From the NCBI GenBank assembly GCA_951406725.2, contig OX597817.1, positions 117,882,001 to 117,944,000 on the forward strand: a stretch of DNA of 62,000 bases, written 5' to 3'. The notes beneath the pieces were generated by a model. It was not told where the DNA came from and did not search any database. It worked only from the letters and a program-made list of their open reading frames with translations. This document shows, one piece after another, positions 23,876 to 38,656 of this stretch (position 1 is its first letter; each line of letters opens with the position of its first letter). This DNA is from Octopus vulgaris. Taxonomy: Eukaryota. Made by a program: the position numbers and the translations under genes.

Positions 23876-24380
23876 TGAAAGAGACATATAGGCAAGGTTT
23901 TTATAATAATTGTTAAATGCAGGTATTCTCTTATTAGTTCCTGATTATAAGGATATTTTAGTATTATCTATTGAATTACTAGTGTAAGTTTACCATTAAA
24001 GCATGTAAGGTTAACAAATAATCAATACTAATTTAGTGTGTTAATTATTAACTTTCGGGTTATAAAATAGTGTAATTCACTCAGAATTAGTTACATTATT
24101 AGTTCAATAGAGTTTGTTTTTCTTTTGGAAAGACTAGAACATAAAAGCTTTTACTTTTACATTAATAAGTAAGGATGAATGGTAGGAATATTATCTGTAA
24201 GGACTTCAAGAGCTAGATTGCTTTATAATTAGATAATTTAGGAGTTAGTTATAGGTTTACTTAGTGAATTTATTTACTGATAGTGTGTTTGTACATAGGG
24301 TAATTGTGTTTCTTTGTTGTAATTTAATTAATAATGTTAGTGTTTAAGCCTTCCTAGAATTACGATTGAATGAATGTGGT

Positions 24381-24411
<31 letters not shown>

Positions 24412-24458
24412 GGTATGTTTGTTCCTTAACAGCACTTGTTTTAGTGCTGTTGACACCG

Positions 24459-24520
24459 CTGGATTGAAAGGTACTGTCCGGGTGTCGAAACTACAGTGAT
24501 ATCCCTCAGGCAGCTGGTGA
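24459..24520 (+). ncRNA. Heavily decayed hammerhead-like motif (CAGCTG family)
   Basis: Shares GTGATATCCC...CAGCTG with 52938-52991 and ATATCC..CAGCTG with 37199-37250. The core and GAAA are degenerate. Confidence 0.3.
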
Positions 24521-25227
24521 TGGAGGTTTGCTGGATTGTTGGTATGACTGTTATTGTAATTGCAGAATACTTTTATAAAACATCTATTTGATACATTCAC
24601 ACACATATAGGTAGACACATAGGTGGATATAGATAGATACGCATATATTTATATAAACATAAATACATTTATATTTTATGTATTTATATATGCATATACA
24701 TGAGAATATGTATACGTTTGTATATCTATATGTATGTGTGTGTATAGTGAGAAAGAAAGAGAGCGGGAGGGAGAGAGAGTAATCTAGACCTTGAGTAATA
24801 ACGGGTTATTAAACTACGTCAGATTGTTATAATACAGTAAACCCAAGTTCGAACGAGTTGCATGTAGATACATAAAGGCTTAAAAGAGATTATTTATGGA
24901 ATATTTCAGCATTAAAACAGATCATAAACTTCACTTACAGTTCGTATTTTCATTATGCTCAACATATATTTCATTAATGTAACAACCATAAAATGTATAA
25001 TCATAGAATTGCGATGCATATTTAATTTCCATTATGATAAATAAATTTAAGTCAAATCAGTTCATTTTAATTTTAATCATGTATCACAATTATGTTACAT
25101 TATGTTATTTTACCTTCAGAAAGAAATGATTAGAAGTGTGCCATTGTTCCGTTTTTGCAGTTGTAAGTTAATGTAGAATTGATTATAAATTAATGTAAAA
25201 TTGATTATAAATATAATCATTTCTACT

Positions 25228-25335
25228 GTAGGCAGAAGGCCTGAAATCTTTGGTTAGAGGCTAGATGATGACATGAATCCCAGTGATCGACTGTACCTTA
25301 TCTTATATTGACGATATAAGTAATGAAATCACCAT
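25228..25335 (-). mobile_element. SINE 3' fragment (family of 47085-47290)
   Basis: TAGGCAGAAGGCCTGAAATC...CCCAGTGATCGACTGTACCTTATC resembles the tail of that SINE family as I recall it. No search was run. Confidence 0.45.
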
Positions 25336-25867
25336 TATACTTTCTTTCGTGCTAATTCTACGTTATGTTCATAGTTTATTCAGTACTACGTCTCGTCTTG
25401 TAAGGGCAAGTAACTTAGTGGTTACATTGCAGGAATCGCAATCATAAGTTCATAGACACGAGATTTGGACCGGGTGGCAGTTTCTGTGTTTGAGCAAGGT
25501 GCCCATTTCATGTTTAAATCTACTCAGCAGAAACTGCATAACGGCTGATTACTTGCGCAACCGATGTTATTTCTACTACGCGTGATGTACTCGACTCTAC
25601 CACTAAGTCAATACTGGGACTTCCAAGAATTTGCCAGTTTCTTCTCCCCACTATTTAGGTACCTGCAATATAAGCTGCAATATACATTATAAGATGCCAT
25701 AATAGTTTATGAGTGATAGTTCTGTTCTGTAATTAAATATCGCTTAGGGTTTGGGAATTATTAGCGAACACATAACATATGATATCTTCCGGATATATAT
25801 GTGTTATATGCACTTGAAAGTTCTAGTTATGGGTTTTGTACCCTTTGAATGTGCAGATATATTCTAC

Positions 25868-26236
25868 TTGTTTCAGTCATTAGACTGCGGACTTGCTGGG
25901 GCACCGCCCTCAATTTTTAGTCGAATGAATTAATCCCAGAACTTAGTTTCTAAACCTGGTATATATTTTATCGGTCTTTGCCGAACCGCTATGTAACGCG
26001 GACGCAAGCGTGCCAACATTGGTTGTAAAGCGGTGAGAGGGAATGAAACGAGCACAGACACAAAGACAGACAAACAGACACACACACAAACACAAACACA
26101 CACATATACGACGAATTTTTACCAAATCCACTCAAAATCGTGTGATAGACCCAAGGCTATAGAGTAAGATACTGGCCCAACGTGCTACCCGTTGGTATTG
26201 AACAAAGAAACATGTGACTGAGAAACACACTTCACT
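25868..26236 (-). mobile_element. Composite tRNA-derived SINE (abundant octopus-type repeat)
   Basis: TTTCAGTCATTAGACTGCGG...GCCGAACCGCTA...(CA)n...ACCAAATCCACTC...GGCTATAG..AAGATACTGGCCCAA..TGAAC. Homologous pieces lie at 27415-27530 and 56270-56765. Confidence 0.75.
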
Positions 26237-29200
26237 GCTTATAATGTTATAATGACTTTAGAATTTAAAACACCAGATCATCCATAGAAAAGCACACACA
26301 TGCAAGCCACACAACTTACTTCACACAATATAATATACAAATTTCAACGTAAATGTTTAAGTTGTAAATAAATAACATTATGTCAACTGCTTAACCTAAG
26401 TTATATACGACATTTTATAAGCAGTCATTTACAGCGCAGAACAAGAAATGATTATTATATTTTTGACCATTTCTTTTGAAGATAATAAAAGGAATATTGA
26501 ATTTTTCATCTATCTACTAATCAGTGTCTGTATAATATCACTGTTTTGAAAGTACACTTACAGTTAGGCATGAAAACAAAATAGTATCTAAATGTATCGC
26601 ACTCAAAGAATTCGAAAATACACTTATTTTTAGTTATGAAAACAAAATGGTGTCTAAATGTAGCGCATTCAAAGAATCGTTGTTGTGATATTTGAATGGA
26701 ATTAGATTCATTATACTACTATATTCTATGTTTTGAAAGCTTGTTTCAACATGATATTACGAAACTGCGACAGAAATGAAACTAGAAAAAAGCGTTCGAT
26801 TATCCATAAAGCATTTTTGAATATCTAAATGATTCTAGCAGTGCCCGTGGTAATTCCACGGTAAAGAGGGCAGTTTTTAGATGGTTGTAAATTTATATAG
26901 AATCATAAAAATTAGTGTTTCCTCTGATAATATATATTCTGAATTATATTCATTTAACAAATCGTTTCAGTGCCTCTCGAAAAGGCTGTAATTGAGGAAG
27001 CATGATTTTTCTCTTCCATGAGATCATTAATAAATCTAAGAGCATCACAAGGATTAATGAGAATATTCATGTCACAGAATGTGTTAACTTAACCATCGTA
27101 TATTTACTGGATTTTTGACGTTCACTCATTTTCATATTCTCTTATCAGTTGGAAATAATGATTGTATTTTTCTCATATTCAGTTTGTCCTTCCTACGCTG
27201 CTGATTCAGGTGTTTATTCTAGTGATTCGATCCCTTGCGTCACTTTACGTTGTTGCTTGTACTTATTCATTCTTTCTCTTGTTAGCTTACATCGTGTCAC
27301 CAATAGTTTATAAACAAATACCAATTTTCAAGTGAGTAGGCGATAAATAACTGCACTCATGCGCATACGTTAAGTGATGATCGATATCGATTTTGTTTTT
27401 TATCTTTTACTTGTTTCAATCATTAGACTGCTGTTATGCAGGGGCGCGTCCTTGAAGGATTTTAGTGGAAAGAATCGACGTGAACACTTTTGTTTTAAGC
27501 TTGCTACTTATTCAATCAGTTTCTTTTGCATGCGCAACACATATCTATTTATGTATTTATATATGGAGGGAAAGAATAGAAAGTAGGAGAAAGTAGCGGG
27601 AAATTAATAAGAATGATATATAATTATAATTAATGCAAGTGTATTCTCAAGCGCTCTTTCTGCTGATGTGCACGCGGAAAGCAATTAATGGTATATGCTT
27701 ACTGTAACTGTATTTCGCCGAAGAATTGGTAGATCGTTTAGGGAGCTGAACTGCTGCTTTATATTTGACGTGGTTATTTGATCATGGCATATAACAGATT
27801 ATATCACTGTAGTACCTTCAATTATGCTGTTGAGGTATGGTGGGGAGTAACAAAATGTTTTCTCCATATTGGCTTACTCGGTGACAGGGTGCATTACGGA
27901 ATAGTTGCTGTTTCGTTGTTGTTCGCCCCTATGTAGGATTTGCATAAATATTATATTTAATCTAACTAAATAGTTAAATATTTATATCACCAGTTCTCTA
28001 AGAATCTCTCACAATCTCTTTCTCACCTTCTTTCCCTCTCATTTCTTGCTTTAGCACTCTCACTCTTTCTCGCTTACCTCGATAGATGCCTCATCCTCAA
28101 TTGATCGAACAGAATATGCCAAACATATTCTCACAGGAGTAAATATTTCCTTAATATAAGTAGAACATCATAAAATCTTTTGTATAAGAATATGCTTGTG
28201 CGTACATATACAGACAGAAAGGGAAATAGAAAATTAAAGAAATACTTAGTGATTGATTGATTCACGATTCTTTGATTGATAATACACATTCCTTTCGATT
28301 ATTTCATTATTATTTGAACTTACCATATAGTACAAACGCATATATATTTTATTTTCATCATAAAATACTTGCAATTATGTTATAGTTTATTATAACATAT
28401 TTAAATGGTCTCCGGAACATTAAGAAATAAAAGTATGAAAAGAGCGAGTATGAAGAAACAAAAGCAGACTCCAGCAAAGCAGCCGCTGAAAGTAGACGTT
28501 TTTATAAAGGAAGAAAACGATAGTTTAAATCAACTTTAATTTAAAAAATCAATGCAGGGCCTTAAGAATTTCGGAGAAACGAAATTACGAAAATACAACT
28601 GAAGCGGTAACTGACAGGCTGCAACATTCGGAGGCTTTTTGAATTTTTGTCAAGAATATCGTGTAAGGGTAGAGAATTGATAGTGCAAACATGCTACTGT
28701 TTTTAACAAGTTATCTTGAGATCTTGGCTGATGACAGAGAATTCTGAGATACAGACATGCTAAAAAAATTATGTACGTCTTTGCTTATATCTACGTAAAA
28801 GTTGGGGGGAATTCCATGAGAATAACCGTTCAAAATGTATGTATACATAGTTGGACTATGACGCCGTGTCCCTTCTTTTCTCTTCACATAAATCGTCTCT
28901 CATCATCAGATATGTATAGTTTAGAATCCTGCTCTAATATTAATTCAGTTACACATTTGTTCAAATATATTTGCAAAATTAAGAATTGGTAAATCTATAG
29001 ACCAATCCTATGAAAGTATGTGCATCCTTGAAAATTAACGAAAATGCTGATAAGAAACATCTGTCAACACAGTTGAATTAATAGGAGTACTCTGTTCTCT
29101 TATATGCATTAAAATGACTTGCGCGTTTGACAGTAGGAGCGAGAAAAAAGTTGTCTCAACATCTACGTTTCAAATGGGTTATACTCTACTAATTCTTTCA

Positions 29201-29799
29201 TTCTTCTGAACTTTTAGGAATGAGTTGGTGAAAACCTTTTTGTTTGGATGTAGAATCTCCTCTTTCTTCCCGTGATAAAACGGGGGATCGAAAATGTTAG
29301 TAATTCATTGCTTAATGTAGGAGCATAAAACTGACTAATAGTGTGAAATCTGAAGAAATTTTACTCGCTGCATAATTGGATTCAAGCTGAGAAACTAAAT
29401 TAAAGGATCCCCAGTGAATAGAAGGGTAGGAAAGGATAAACTGGGCTGAATAGCTGGGCTACCACTATTTTCAGGAGAATGCGACGAGACAGGTGAAGTT
29501 GCACTATTTAAGTGCAGAGTAGTTAGAATCACTTAAAAAAATTATAGGAAAAGATTAGATACAGAATTGTACTACAAATTTGGATGAGTTCTAGACGCAT
29601 TTTGCTCCGAAATCATGCATTTGAAGTCAATTAAAACTGGTTTTAACTATCTCGCGGACAGACAATTTGTGCGTGAAATTATGTGTCTAACCTATTAATA
29701 TACACACCTACAGCACATAAGCGTAGAAGGTCAGAAGTTGTGGGTTGTAGTTTTAAAAGTTACGAGCTTTCGTCATTTGTCTCTGTAATCATATTTTTG

Positions 29800-30060
29800 T
29801 TAGCTTGCCTTGTCTCGTGTCCATTATTACGCTGGAGAATTGGTTTCCATGAGATTGATGAGTTGGGTCGTTATTGTTGAAGTTTATCCTGGCCTTTTCT
29901 TCTCGGGGACCTTTCCTTGTCAGCTAGTCAGCGATGATATACTGGCCGTCAGGCGTCACAAAATGTCGCATTGTTGCTTGGCCATCAATATCATGGAGTT
30001 TCCTTGCTGATGTGTGTTATATTGCTGAAGACTATCATTGTGTGGACTGACTGGCTGCTT
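29800..30060 (-). mobile_element. Possible RTE-type LINE 3' remnant
   Basis: Stop-riddled frame IL*RLTAS...QGKVPEKKRPG*TS...TRDK resembles the RTE C-terminal RRL..AGH...GK...KR..GRP region. Confidence 0.35.
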
Positions 30061-30454
30061 GTATAAAAAATGAAGCAACTTACGAAATTTTAACTTTTGA
30101 TATATTTATAGATGGACATCAATTACAGTATTGGCTGTCTACATAAAAACAACGCATATAGTATAAATATGTCTGGAATGAGAGAAGCGCATTGTTTCTC
30201 TTGAACGCTAGCAGTAATACCCCAAGTGTAAGTGCGTGGTGCCGTCTGTTTTGCCCGAGTGCTCCAGGCTGTCTGCCTCTGTAAGTGCCCAAGGAGATCT
30301 GACCTTAGTTATTTGCCTTCTGTGAGTACCCAAGGTGGTTTGTCTGAGCTAGCCGCCAAGTGGTTTTATAGAATGAAAATGGGAAAACGTTTAGATCATC
30401 CGATAAAACCATACAACGCTACAGCTATACGTTGATTGGTCAATTTATAGATAC

Positions 30455-30782
30455 ACTAGCAGTATCGCCCGGCGTTGCTCAGGTTTGTAAGGGAAATAAC
30501 TATAAAGCATTTTTAGAGAGTTATAGCCAAAAAATAGCAAAAAATGGAAAAAAATGATGGTAAATTTTTTTTTGAGAGTAAAAAAAGGTTGAGTTGCGTC
30601 CCCTAGACAGTCTGTGGTTTGTTTCTTTTGATTCTGGACCCCATGTCGAATTTATCGATTTTTTTCAGAACTGGGGGAACTTTTCAAAATTTTCGCTGCG
30701 TTAGTTTTGAATTATGACATTGGGCTATGTGTGTGTCAAGTTTCATCAGAATCGGTTGAAAGCCGTGGTCAGGGTGAGGGTA
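30455..30782 (+). mobile_element. Non-autonomous Helitron/Helentron-like (HINE-like) element, truncated
   Basis: Starts ACTAGCAGTATCGCCCGGCGTTGCTC and contains TGTGTGTCAAGTTTCATCAGAATCGGTTGAAAGCCGTGG, both features of this repeat class. Confidence 0.55.
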
Positions 30783-31895
30783 TCATATGATAATGTGTTG
30801 GCTTACTTTTGATCCTCAACTAAATATTTCTCAGTTGTAGATCGAATCCCTCCGTACTCATACTAACTATGCTACTGCTACGGGAGATTGGCAGTGCTTA
30901 CTCGTAATAAGATCGTAACAGGCCTTCTAGTTCACCTATTTATGAAGAAATTCAAGATCACTAAGCAATATCATTCAGAAAAATCGAACCAACATATCTC
31001 TTGACAACTTGGCTTCTTCTAAATCATCAACACAAACGAGAAGTATTCAGAGATAATTTGTCTCTATTTTTTATTCACGTACTGGAAGGTTACAGAATAT
31101 GTTGATGGTAGAGTTGTTCCCTGTATATATCATGTTCATCTATGGGATGCGGAAAAAATGTATTTCAATTTTATCGGGATTCGTGAAAAACGTCTAGTCA
31201 AATTCGATATATTGAAACCTGTCAATAGTATTAAATAAATTATTTTCTCTCATACTGAGTGGAGAAATAAATCTGCGAATGTTAAAGCTTGACGGAATTT
31301 CGTCAAGAGGCAATGTTAGGACAGATGCCATCAAATCTAAGACATGCATTTGCGTTATAACATGCATTTAGCCACGCATCACATCGACACTCTTTATATA
31401 CTCAACTTTGCACCACCATTTAAACATTTATTTTGCAGCAAACATTTCGCACGAAACATCAATCAGCGTAATAATGTGAGAAACTTAGACAACAACTGCA
31501 AAAACATAGTATTACATCAGTTGAGAGATTCTTTCTAAATACATATACCCAGAAAAAAATGAATTCTTAAATAAATTATTAAATGAATTAAAGTATTAAT
31601 TAAAGTATTAAATGAATTTGAACAGGAATACCTAGTTCATACATATTGTATTACGGGGTAAATAAGTTAATATATCAGTGTTGAAACAGAGTCTTTGTGT
31701 GAATTTGTGCGTATACGTGTACGTATAAATAAGTATATATGCATTTATATATGTAAATATATAGATATATATATACACATATATATGTATGCCTATATAT
31801 ATGCATACATATATATATATATGTGTGTATGTGTGTATGTATATATATATATATATAATCATATGTATACACACATATATACATATATATATGTT

Positions 31896-31954
<59 letters not shown>

Positions 31955-34169
31955 TTACGTACATATTTACATACATAGATACATACAGACAGACAGACAT
32001 GCGTACGTAGATAGATAATTCAATAAGCGTATGTATGTTTTGTTTTTTTTATATGTAATGTGCAGCAAGTATTTCACTGTAATACTGTTTATCACCCGAG
32101 GATTTCCCAGTGGAACCACAAGTACAAATATAGAGATTTGTTAGAGAAAGCCGTGAGATTTTAACAAGAAAACATATCGACAAAAATTATAACAACAGCA
32201 CCAAAATCAGTAACAATAAAAAGGATAACTACTATATTCTACAAAACGTAATTGTAAAAATGTTTGTAACGTATGCCACTAGGATACATTGCATAAAAAT
32301 CATTGCAGAAAAACTGAACGGAAAACATATTAATATCAAAATTATGCAAATGAAAATTTAATTAAATATAGAGAGGAGATTCAAAGAGAGACTGCCAGAA
32401 AGAGAAGTGTTAAAATGAATAACACTTTTGTTGTATGATCAGAGACTCGTATTTTGTAAATAATTAAATGATACAAAAAATGTGAGCTACCAAATCATAG
32501 TTGCGTTATGTCTTATTTCAAAACTAAACGAGTCAAGAAGCGGGTTTGTATGCTCTCACAATGCGGGTAGAGGCCATAGCCAAAATTCACTTCATAACAT
32601 GCAGTATTTGTTATAGAAAGCAATATTGCACATTGCTGTCTCTGGCATTGCCATTACTGAAGCCCCCTTGATTATAGATATCATTCTATATAACGGTAGC
32701 AACAATTTCTCAATTTCTCAAAAGTATGTTCGAATGTTTACAAATATTGGTTGAAAAATAGGAAAACAATTTATACAGCAAAAATTCATTATGGGTATGA
32801 AGCATAATCACTAGCAGCGAAAATAAATCAGAGAATTGGGGAATAGTAAGAGCGTGGAATGTCAAGTGCATCAAACGGCATTAAAGAAATAACAAATTGA
32901 ACCATGTAAAATAAATCAAGGGACATATGGTACCAGGAGGAATGCGTATCTATAGGTAAACGTAAGAAGAAATACCGTAGGATAGAGTCAGCAACATAAC
33001 TAGGCATGATATATATATATATATATATATATAATCTGCAATTATAAATTTACTAAAATGTGTAGATTGAATTAAAAGAAAAACCAAGAAATTGGAAACG
33101 TCACCATCAATCTTAAAGGTTATACAGTTTAAACTATCTGGCTAAAATTAATTAATCATATGCTCTGTATAGCGTCTGCCATGAGAGAATTAAACAATGC
33201 AGAGGAAACAGAGAGATAAAATACAACCTAATCGAAAGTGAATCAACATTCAAACGCAAAGTTAAACAAGATTGAAAAATTGATGGCTTTCATGTAAATC
33301 GCAGACTTCAACCACATTCACATTTACGTTATTTTACTTGTTTCACTTATGGCTGTACAGTTGTTATAGCATCTATAGTATTATCAAAGTGTCATACTAC
33401 AAGTGCTGCATTCACCTTATCTGCTAATTTGTCTGTGCATTCTTTATGTTTTGCGTCTTGAAAAACTTTTTTCATCCCATATTATTTCATGTATATTGCA
33501 AATAATTGCGTTAGAATTGTTGTTGCACCTCTTCATAGCGAGTTTCCCTAAACTTTATTTTCCTATTCCAAGTGTACAAGTGACATCAAATAATATGAAA
33601 ATATAAAATACTGTTTCTTTTCCTGGAGAACAGAAGCATTCCAATTTTGTATATTTGATAACTGTATTGTTACTGTGTAATCCTCGTTAGGTTTGACAAA
33701 GCCCTGCGAAAGGAGAAGCTATAGCTATCAGTAAAATGTTTTTCTATCTTGGATGGCATCAACCATACTGTCATTCCTTTTAAGACAATTTGAGATTCGG
33801 CTCCTATAACAAACACTTGTGTGGGTCCTTCTGCACTCATTGTTCTGAGAATAGCAATAAATTCGCCGTTGATATATCAAATTATGTGTTATTATCACTT
33901 TGCAATACAATACATACAATATGGTCGTATAGTATTGGAATGAAATAAACTAAGACTTTGATACTAGTAATAAGCTCAAAAATTGCCACGAACTGTGTAA
34001 AGAACCTAAATTAATTTGATATATATTTTGCAAATGGAGCAGTTTAAATTTGGAGTTGTTTTAGCTGCCATAAATTCGACTCGCAAAACAAAAAGTTATG
34101 TTCTTTCATAGATGCTGAATTTCAAATAAAATAGTTAATTGATCTTTACTGCTGTATACCGTAAAGTAT

Positions 34170-35460
34170 GAAACTGTTAACTATTAGCAGTGACAAGATA
34201 TACACGGAGAGTTAAAAGTATATACGAAGTAAATACTGTGGATACTCTACCACCAGTCTCCTCAGTTGTTCTTCCGAATCTGCCACCAGTGCTGTATCAT
34301 CAGCAAACAACAACTGACTCACTTGCCATCTTTCTCCATTTTATCCCACCATTTTTTGTTCCCCCACCAAAGTTTCTAGCATTTACCTCTCTCGGCACAC
34401 CATCCATATATAAATTAAACAGCCACAGAGACATCACACAACCCTGTCTTAACCCCACCTTCATATCAAACCACTCACAACCTTCACCACCCACCCTAAC
34501 ACATGCTCTACTTTCTCTATGAAAACTCTGAACACCGCTCAACAATCTACTATCTACTCCATACAACTACAACACCTGCCACATTGCATACTCATCCACA
34601 CGGTCATATGCCTTCTCTAGGTTTATACAGGCCCAATATACCATCTAACCTTTTGCCAAACACTTCTCACACATCTGCCTTACTACAATTTTTCCATCTG
34701 CACACCCCCTTCCGCTCCTCAAACTACGCTGCTCCTTCTCTTGTACACTCTCTGTCTGGTTCCTCACCCTTACAATCAGAATTCTCCCATACAGTTTACC
34801 TACTACACACAACAGACTCAAACCCCTAAATTTTCCACACTCTCATTTATCCCCTTTCCCCTTGTACTGTGGCACTATACAAGCACTTTGGTATTCTTCC
34901 AGACATATAACACATATTCATAAACTTCACTAACCATTCAATCAATGTCACTCCTCCTTTAATGAGACATTCCAGTGTACACCCATCTATATCTGGCGCC
35001 TTTTGATGTGCCAGCTCCCGCAAGGATTCCTTCAACACTTCCCTTCCAGTTGCACTGTAGTTTCATTACACACCAACAGGCACTCTCCTCTCTCCTCTTG
35101 GTTTCCCTAACATCCTCCACATTTAACAGTTCACTAAAATACACTGCCCATCTCCTTTATAAATCCTCACTGCCTTTCAACAAATTTCCATTTACGTTGT
35201 TCACCTTTTCTTCACTTCCTCCAACCACCTTTCTTACCATCTGTACCTCTTTCCAAAACATATTTTTATTTCTTACAAAATTTTCACTTAACTTTTTCCC
35301 GAACCTTTTACTTGCCTCCCATTTCTCCACCCACACCACTCTTTTTACATTCCTCTTCACTTCGCGGTACCACTCCGGGACAGTGTACACCTGCGAATAA
35401 TATTGGCTAAGAAGTGGTTCCACACTCCTCAACCCTGAAACCAGGGTCCTAGGGTCCCAC
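34170..35460 (-). mobile_element. RTE-clade LINE remnant (RT region, frameshifted)
   Basis: YGVDSRLLSGVQSFHRESRACVRVGGEG.EWFDMKVGLRQGCVMSLWLFNLYMDGV.REVNAR, KAPDIDGCTLECLIKGG and KNMFWKEV. Confidence 0.9.
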
Positions 35461-36283
35461 TACCGGATATACATTATAGTTATACCAAAGACATATTATT
35501 GATAGCTAATATTAATAAAATAATGATTCAAAGACAATGCAGTCAAAGTACAACTAAAAGTAGACGTGAATACCTAAGCCACTGCAGGAAAATTCAGAGA
35601 ACAATATATTGCATATGCTCTAAAAGACTTTGAAATAGAGCAGAATCATGATACTAATCTACGATGTATCCCAATTAGGGTTTCTTACGATTACATGAAA
35701 GTAGATGTCTATATAACATTGAATGTCTATAATAATGAGTCGAATGGAATTATCATTCAAAATTCGAAAATGTGCTATATATGGATACGTAAAAATGGTT
35801 AATATGTATGCGTAAACACACACACACACAGGTACACACTCACTCACAAATATACATACATGTATACATGCATACATATGTATGTGACTGTGATATCGTT
35901 GTGTGTGTCGTAACATTAATAAATGCAAAGGTTTGTACGCTCATAGATTCTCACATAAAATGTTATATAATGTCTATACATGATAAATAACTGTTATGTT
36001 ATTTAGATAAATGTAAAAAAAAAAATGACAGTTTAAAAGAACGACAATAAAACTTTAGACTTAAAGCATATATTTGATAATAATGTCTATTATATTATAA
36101 ATTTTATTATACTATATACTCTATTACACTATAAAACTGACAACTTATAACTTTGAGCAATTCCAATATGTCAAAGATAATCTATCAGCCACAGCACATA
36201 GCCTATCCCGTTATTGTTCAGTATAGTTTATCACACAATATACTCCTATTCGACAAAACATCAAATCATCGATACATACACAC

Positions 36284-36346
<63 letters not shown>

Positions 36347-36474
36347 CAATAATATATATATACAATAATATATATATATATATATATACAATTGCATTGT
36401 AGAAGGTGTTTATAAGCCAATTTAAAAACACAAAAACCGTTAGATACACTTCAACATTTAAATTTAATTTGTCA

Positions 36475-37015
36475 AACTATGTTCGTAGATTTGAAGTCGC
36501 GTCCTGTTCACTGACAAAATTCCTTACTGCACGGAGATGTTCGAAGGTGAGTGAGGTCGTTCCGATTCAGTCATCGATATAAGGACCGTATATATTAGGA
36601 TTTGGAACAGGTTCGTATATTTGGAGCCCATTCTTGTTCCCCTGGCGACTCGTGAGATTTGTTGGGAAAACTACTCCACGAACAAGAAGCTGTTGAGGGA
36701 GAGGACATGTACGGCTAAATGAAGAAGTGTGGAGATGTCAGGTTGAGGGTCTGACCGAAGATCAAGGAAGTGTTTAAGCGCAAGAAGGCCGTCGTTGTGT
36801 GGGATCACCGTATACAAAGATTTAATGTCGAGAGTAAGCAGAAGTTGAGTGGGGCCAGAAAGGAAGCAGAAAGAGTTAAACAGACGCAGAACAAGATTGG
36901 TGTCGTGAATGTGCAAAAGTAGGGGAGCAAGGATACGGTCGAGGTATTTGGAGATCATTTCAGAGGGCAAGTTACAGGCAGAGACGATGGGGCAGCGAGG
37001 GTTAGAAATAGATTT
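36475..37015 (-). mobile_element. Decayed Neptune-type PLE RT fragment
   Basis: PIVSACNLPSEMISKYLDRILAP, LTLDIKSLYTVIPHNDGLLALKHFL, VARGTRMGSKYTNLF and PYIDD*IG. Confidence 0.85.
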
Positions 37016-37027
37016 AGATATATGTAT

Positions 37028-37043
37028 AGACAGACAGACAGAC

Positions 37044-37102
<59 letters not shown>

Positions 37103-37282
37103 GAGATAGGTAGATAGATAAGTAAGATAAAAATAAACTCGCACTCTCTATGTTGTATCACATCTAAACTAACTATGACTTTGCTATCCTCTCATACTGT
37201 CTTCGATGAAGGGGTATAATTAATAAATATCCTGGAACCAGCTGTAAGACCTGCTATCTATAAATGTTCTAATATCTACACC

Positions 37283-37332
<50 letters not shown>

Positions 37333-37385
37333 TATATATAGATAGATAGATAGATAAAGAGAGAGAGAGATAGACAGACACACAC
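37028..37385. repeat. Two (GATA)n/(GACA)n arrays (37028-37125 and 37284-37385) flanking a ~150-bp pLTR-like insert
   Basis: Direct reading. Confidence 0.9.
37199..37250 (+). ncRNA. Decayed minimal hammerhead motif (CAGCTG family)
   Basis: GTCT-TCGATGA-AGGGGTAT(aattaataa)ATATCCT-G-GAAC-CAGCTG-TA-AGAC. Stem I (GTCT/AGAC), stem II and the palindromic stem III are retained, but the core is mutated. Confidence 0.55.
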
Positions 37386-38223
37386 ACGGTCTGACAGACA
37401 TACAAACGGACAAACAGTGATAGAGTTTGATAATTCATTTAAACTTGAATATGTTTCACTTTCTACAATTCTTTGTTAATATCTTTGCATGAAAATGTAT
37501 TTTTGCTAAAATAACAAGATGCCGCTTCATATATTCAGTACAATACCTCATATCTGTAGGTTAGACTTAAATCATAAATTCAAAGTTAATTTCAGTGATT
37601 GTAAGAATATTGGGAATGTCGTTTGCCAGTAAATTAATCGTATTTATGATAATGATCAACTAATATTTCCCTTTGGTCACTGGATTCAAGACCACGGTAC
37701 ACAGTCTAACATGAAGTCTCATTCATATGTGTATGATCGCATATTTGTCACGTGCGCGCACACACACAAACTCATACATATATACGTGCTCATAACTATG
37801 TAACTGCGCGCATATATACATCATTTCTATATTACAGGAATTCAATATTCACCTTAGGCTGGAGTTAACTTACCATATCTGAATTACGTATCGTTTATCA
37901 GCGATACAAATTCAATAATAATGACACTAATTGATAGAAAATTGAGCAACCTAAACTTATTTGGTCTAAATGAAACTAGAAGGTAAGGATGTTGTGAGAC
38001 AAGATACAATTTTTACGAAATATATTTTATTTCATATAAATGTTTCGTGAAGTCTCATTTTGTTTAATGTAAAGGGAATTAAACTTTATAGAGATGGAAG
38101 AGTACGTAAGTTTCGTTATGTTTGTATGACGTGAAGATCCGATAATTTATATGGCAGATAATTGCAAATTTATTGTTGTATTTAAGTTGAATTCATGCAT
38201 ACACACACAGACACACACATACA

Positions 38224-38269
<46 letters not shown>

Positions 38270-38312
38270 CACGTACATATAAATATATATGTGTATGTAT
38301 GTATCTATACAC

Positions 38313-38358
<46 letters not shown>

Positions 38359-38618
38359 AATTTGTGACAATTAGTTGGCTGTTATAATAAAATCTGCTCC
38401 GGCATCTCATAAGTTATTAAGACAAATAAAAACGCTACGAAGAAAGGGAAATTACTCCAATAGGCATGCGGAAAGTAATATTTCGTTCATAGAATCTGAA
38501 TATGCACATATGTACACTGTATACATACACTTACGCACACACACACACATGCATATATATATATATACTCACACACGCGTGTACATATACTTACAAACAC
38601 ACACACACACACACACAC

Positions 38619-38656
<38 letters not shown>

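Noticed and set aside
26570-26677. Diverged 42-bp direct repeat with 66-bp spacing
   Set aside because: Only two copies are present. This is an ordinary local duplication, not a CRISPR-like or satellite array.
29100-29560. Possible CR1-like 3' remnant on the minus strand (NSF.PKSSEE*)
   Set aside because: The similarity is too fragmentary to call.
31344-31538. ORF containing CSKHF (THAP-like)
   Set aside because: The upstream C2, F/P and W residues of a THAP domain are absent.
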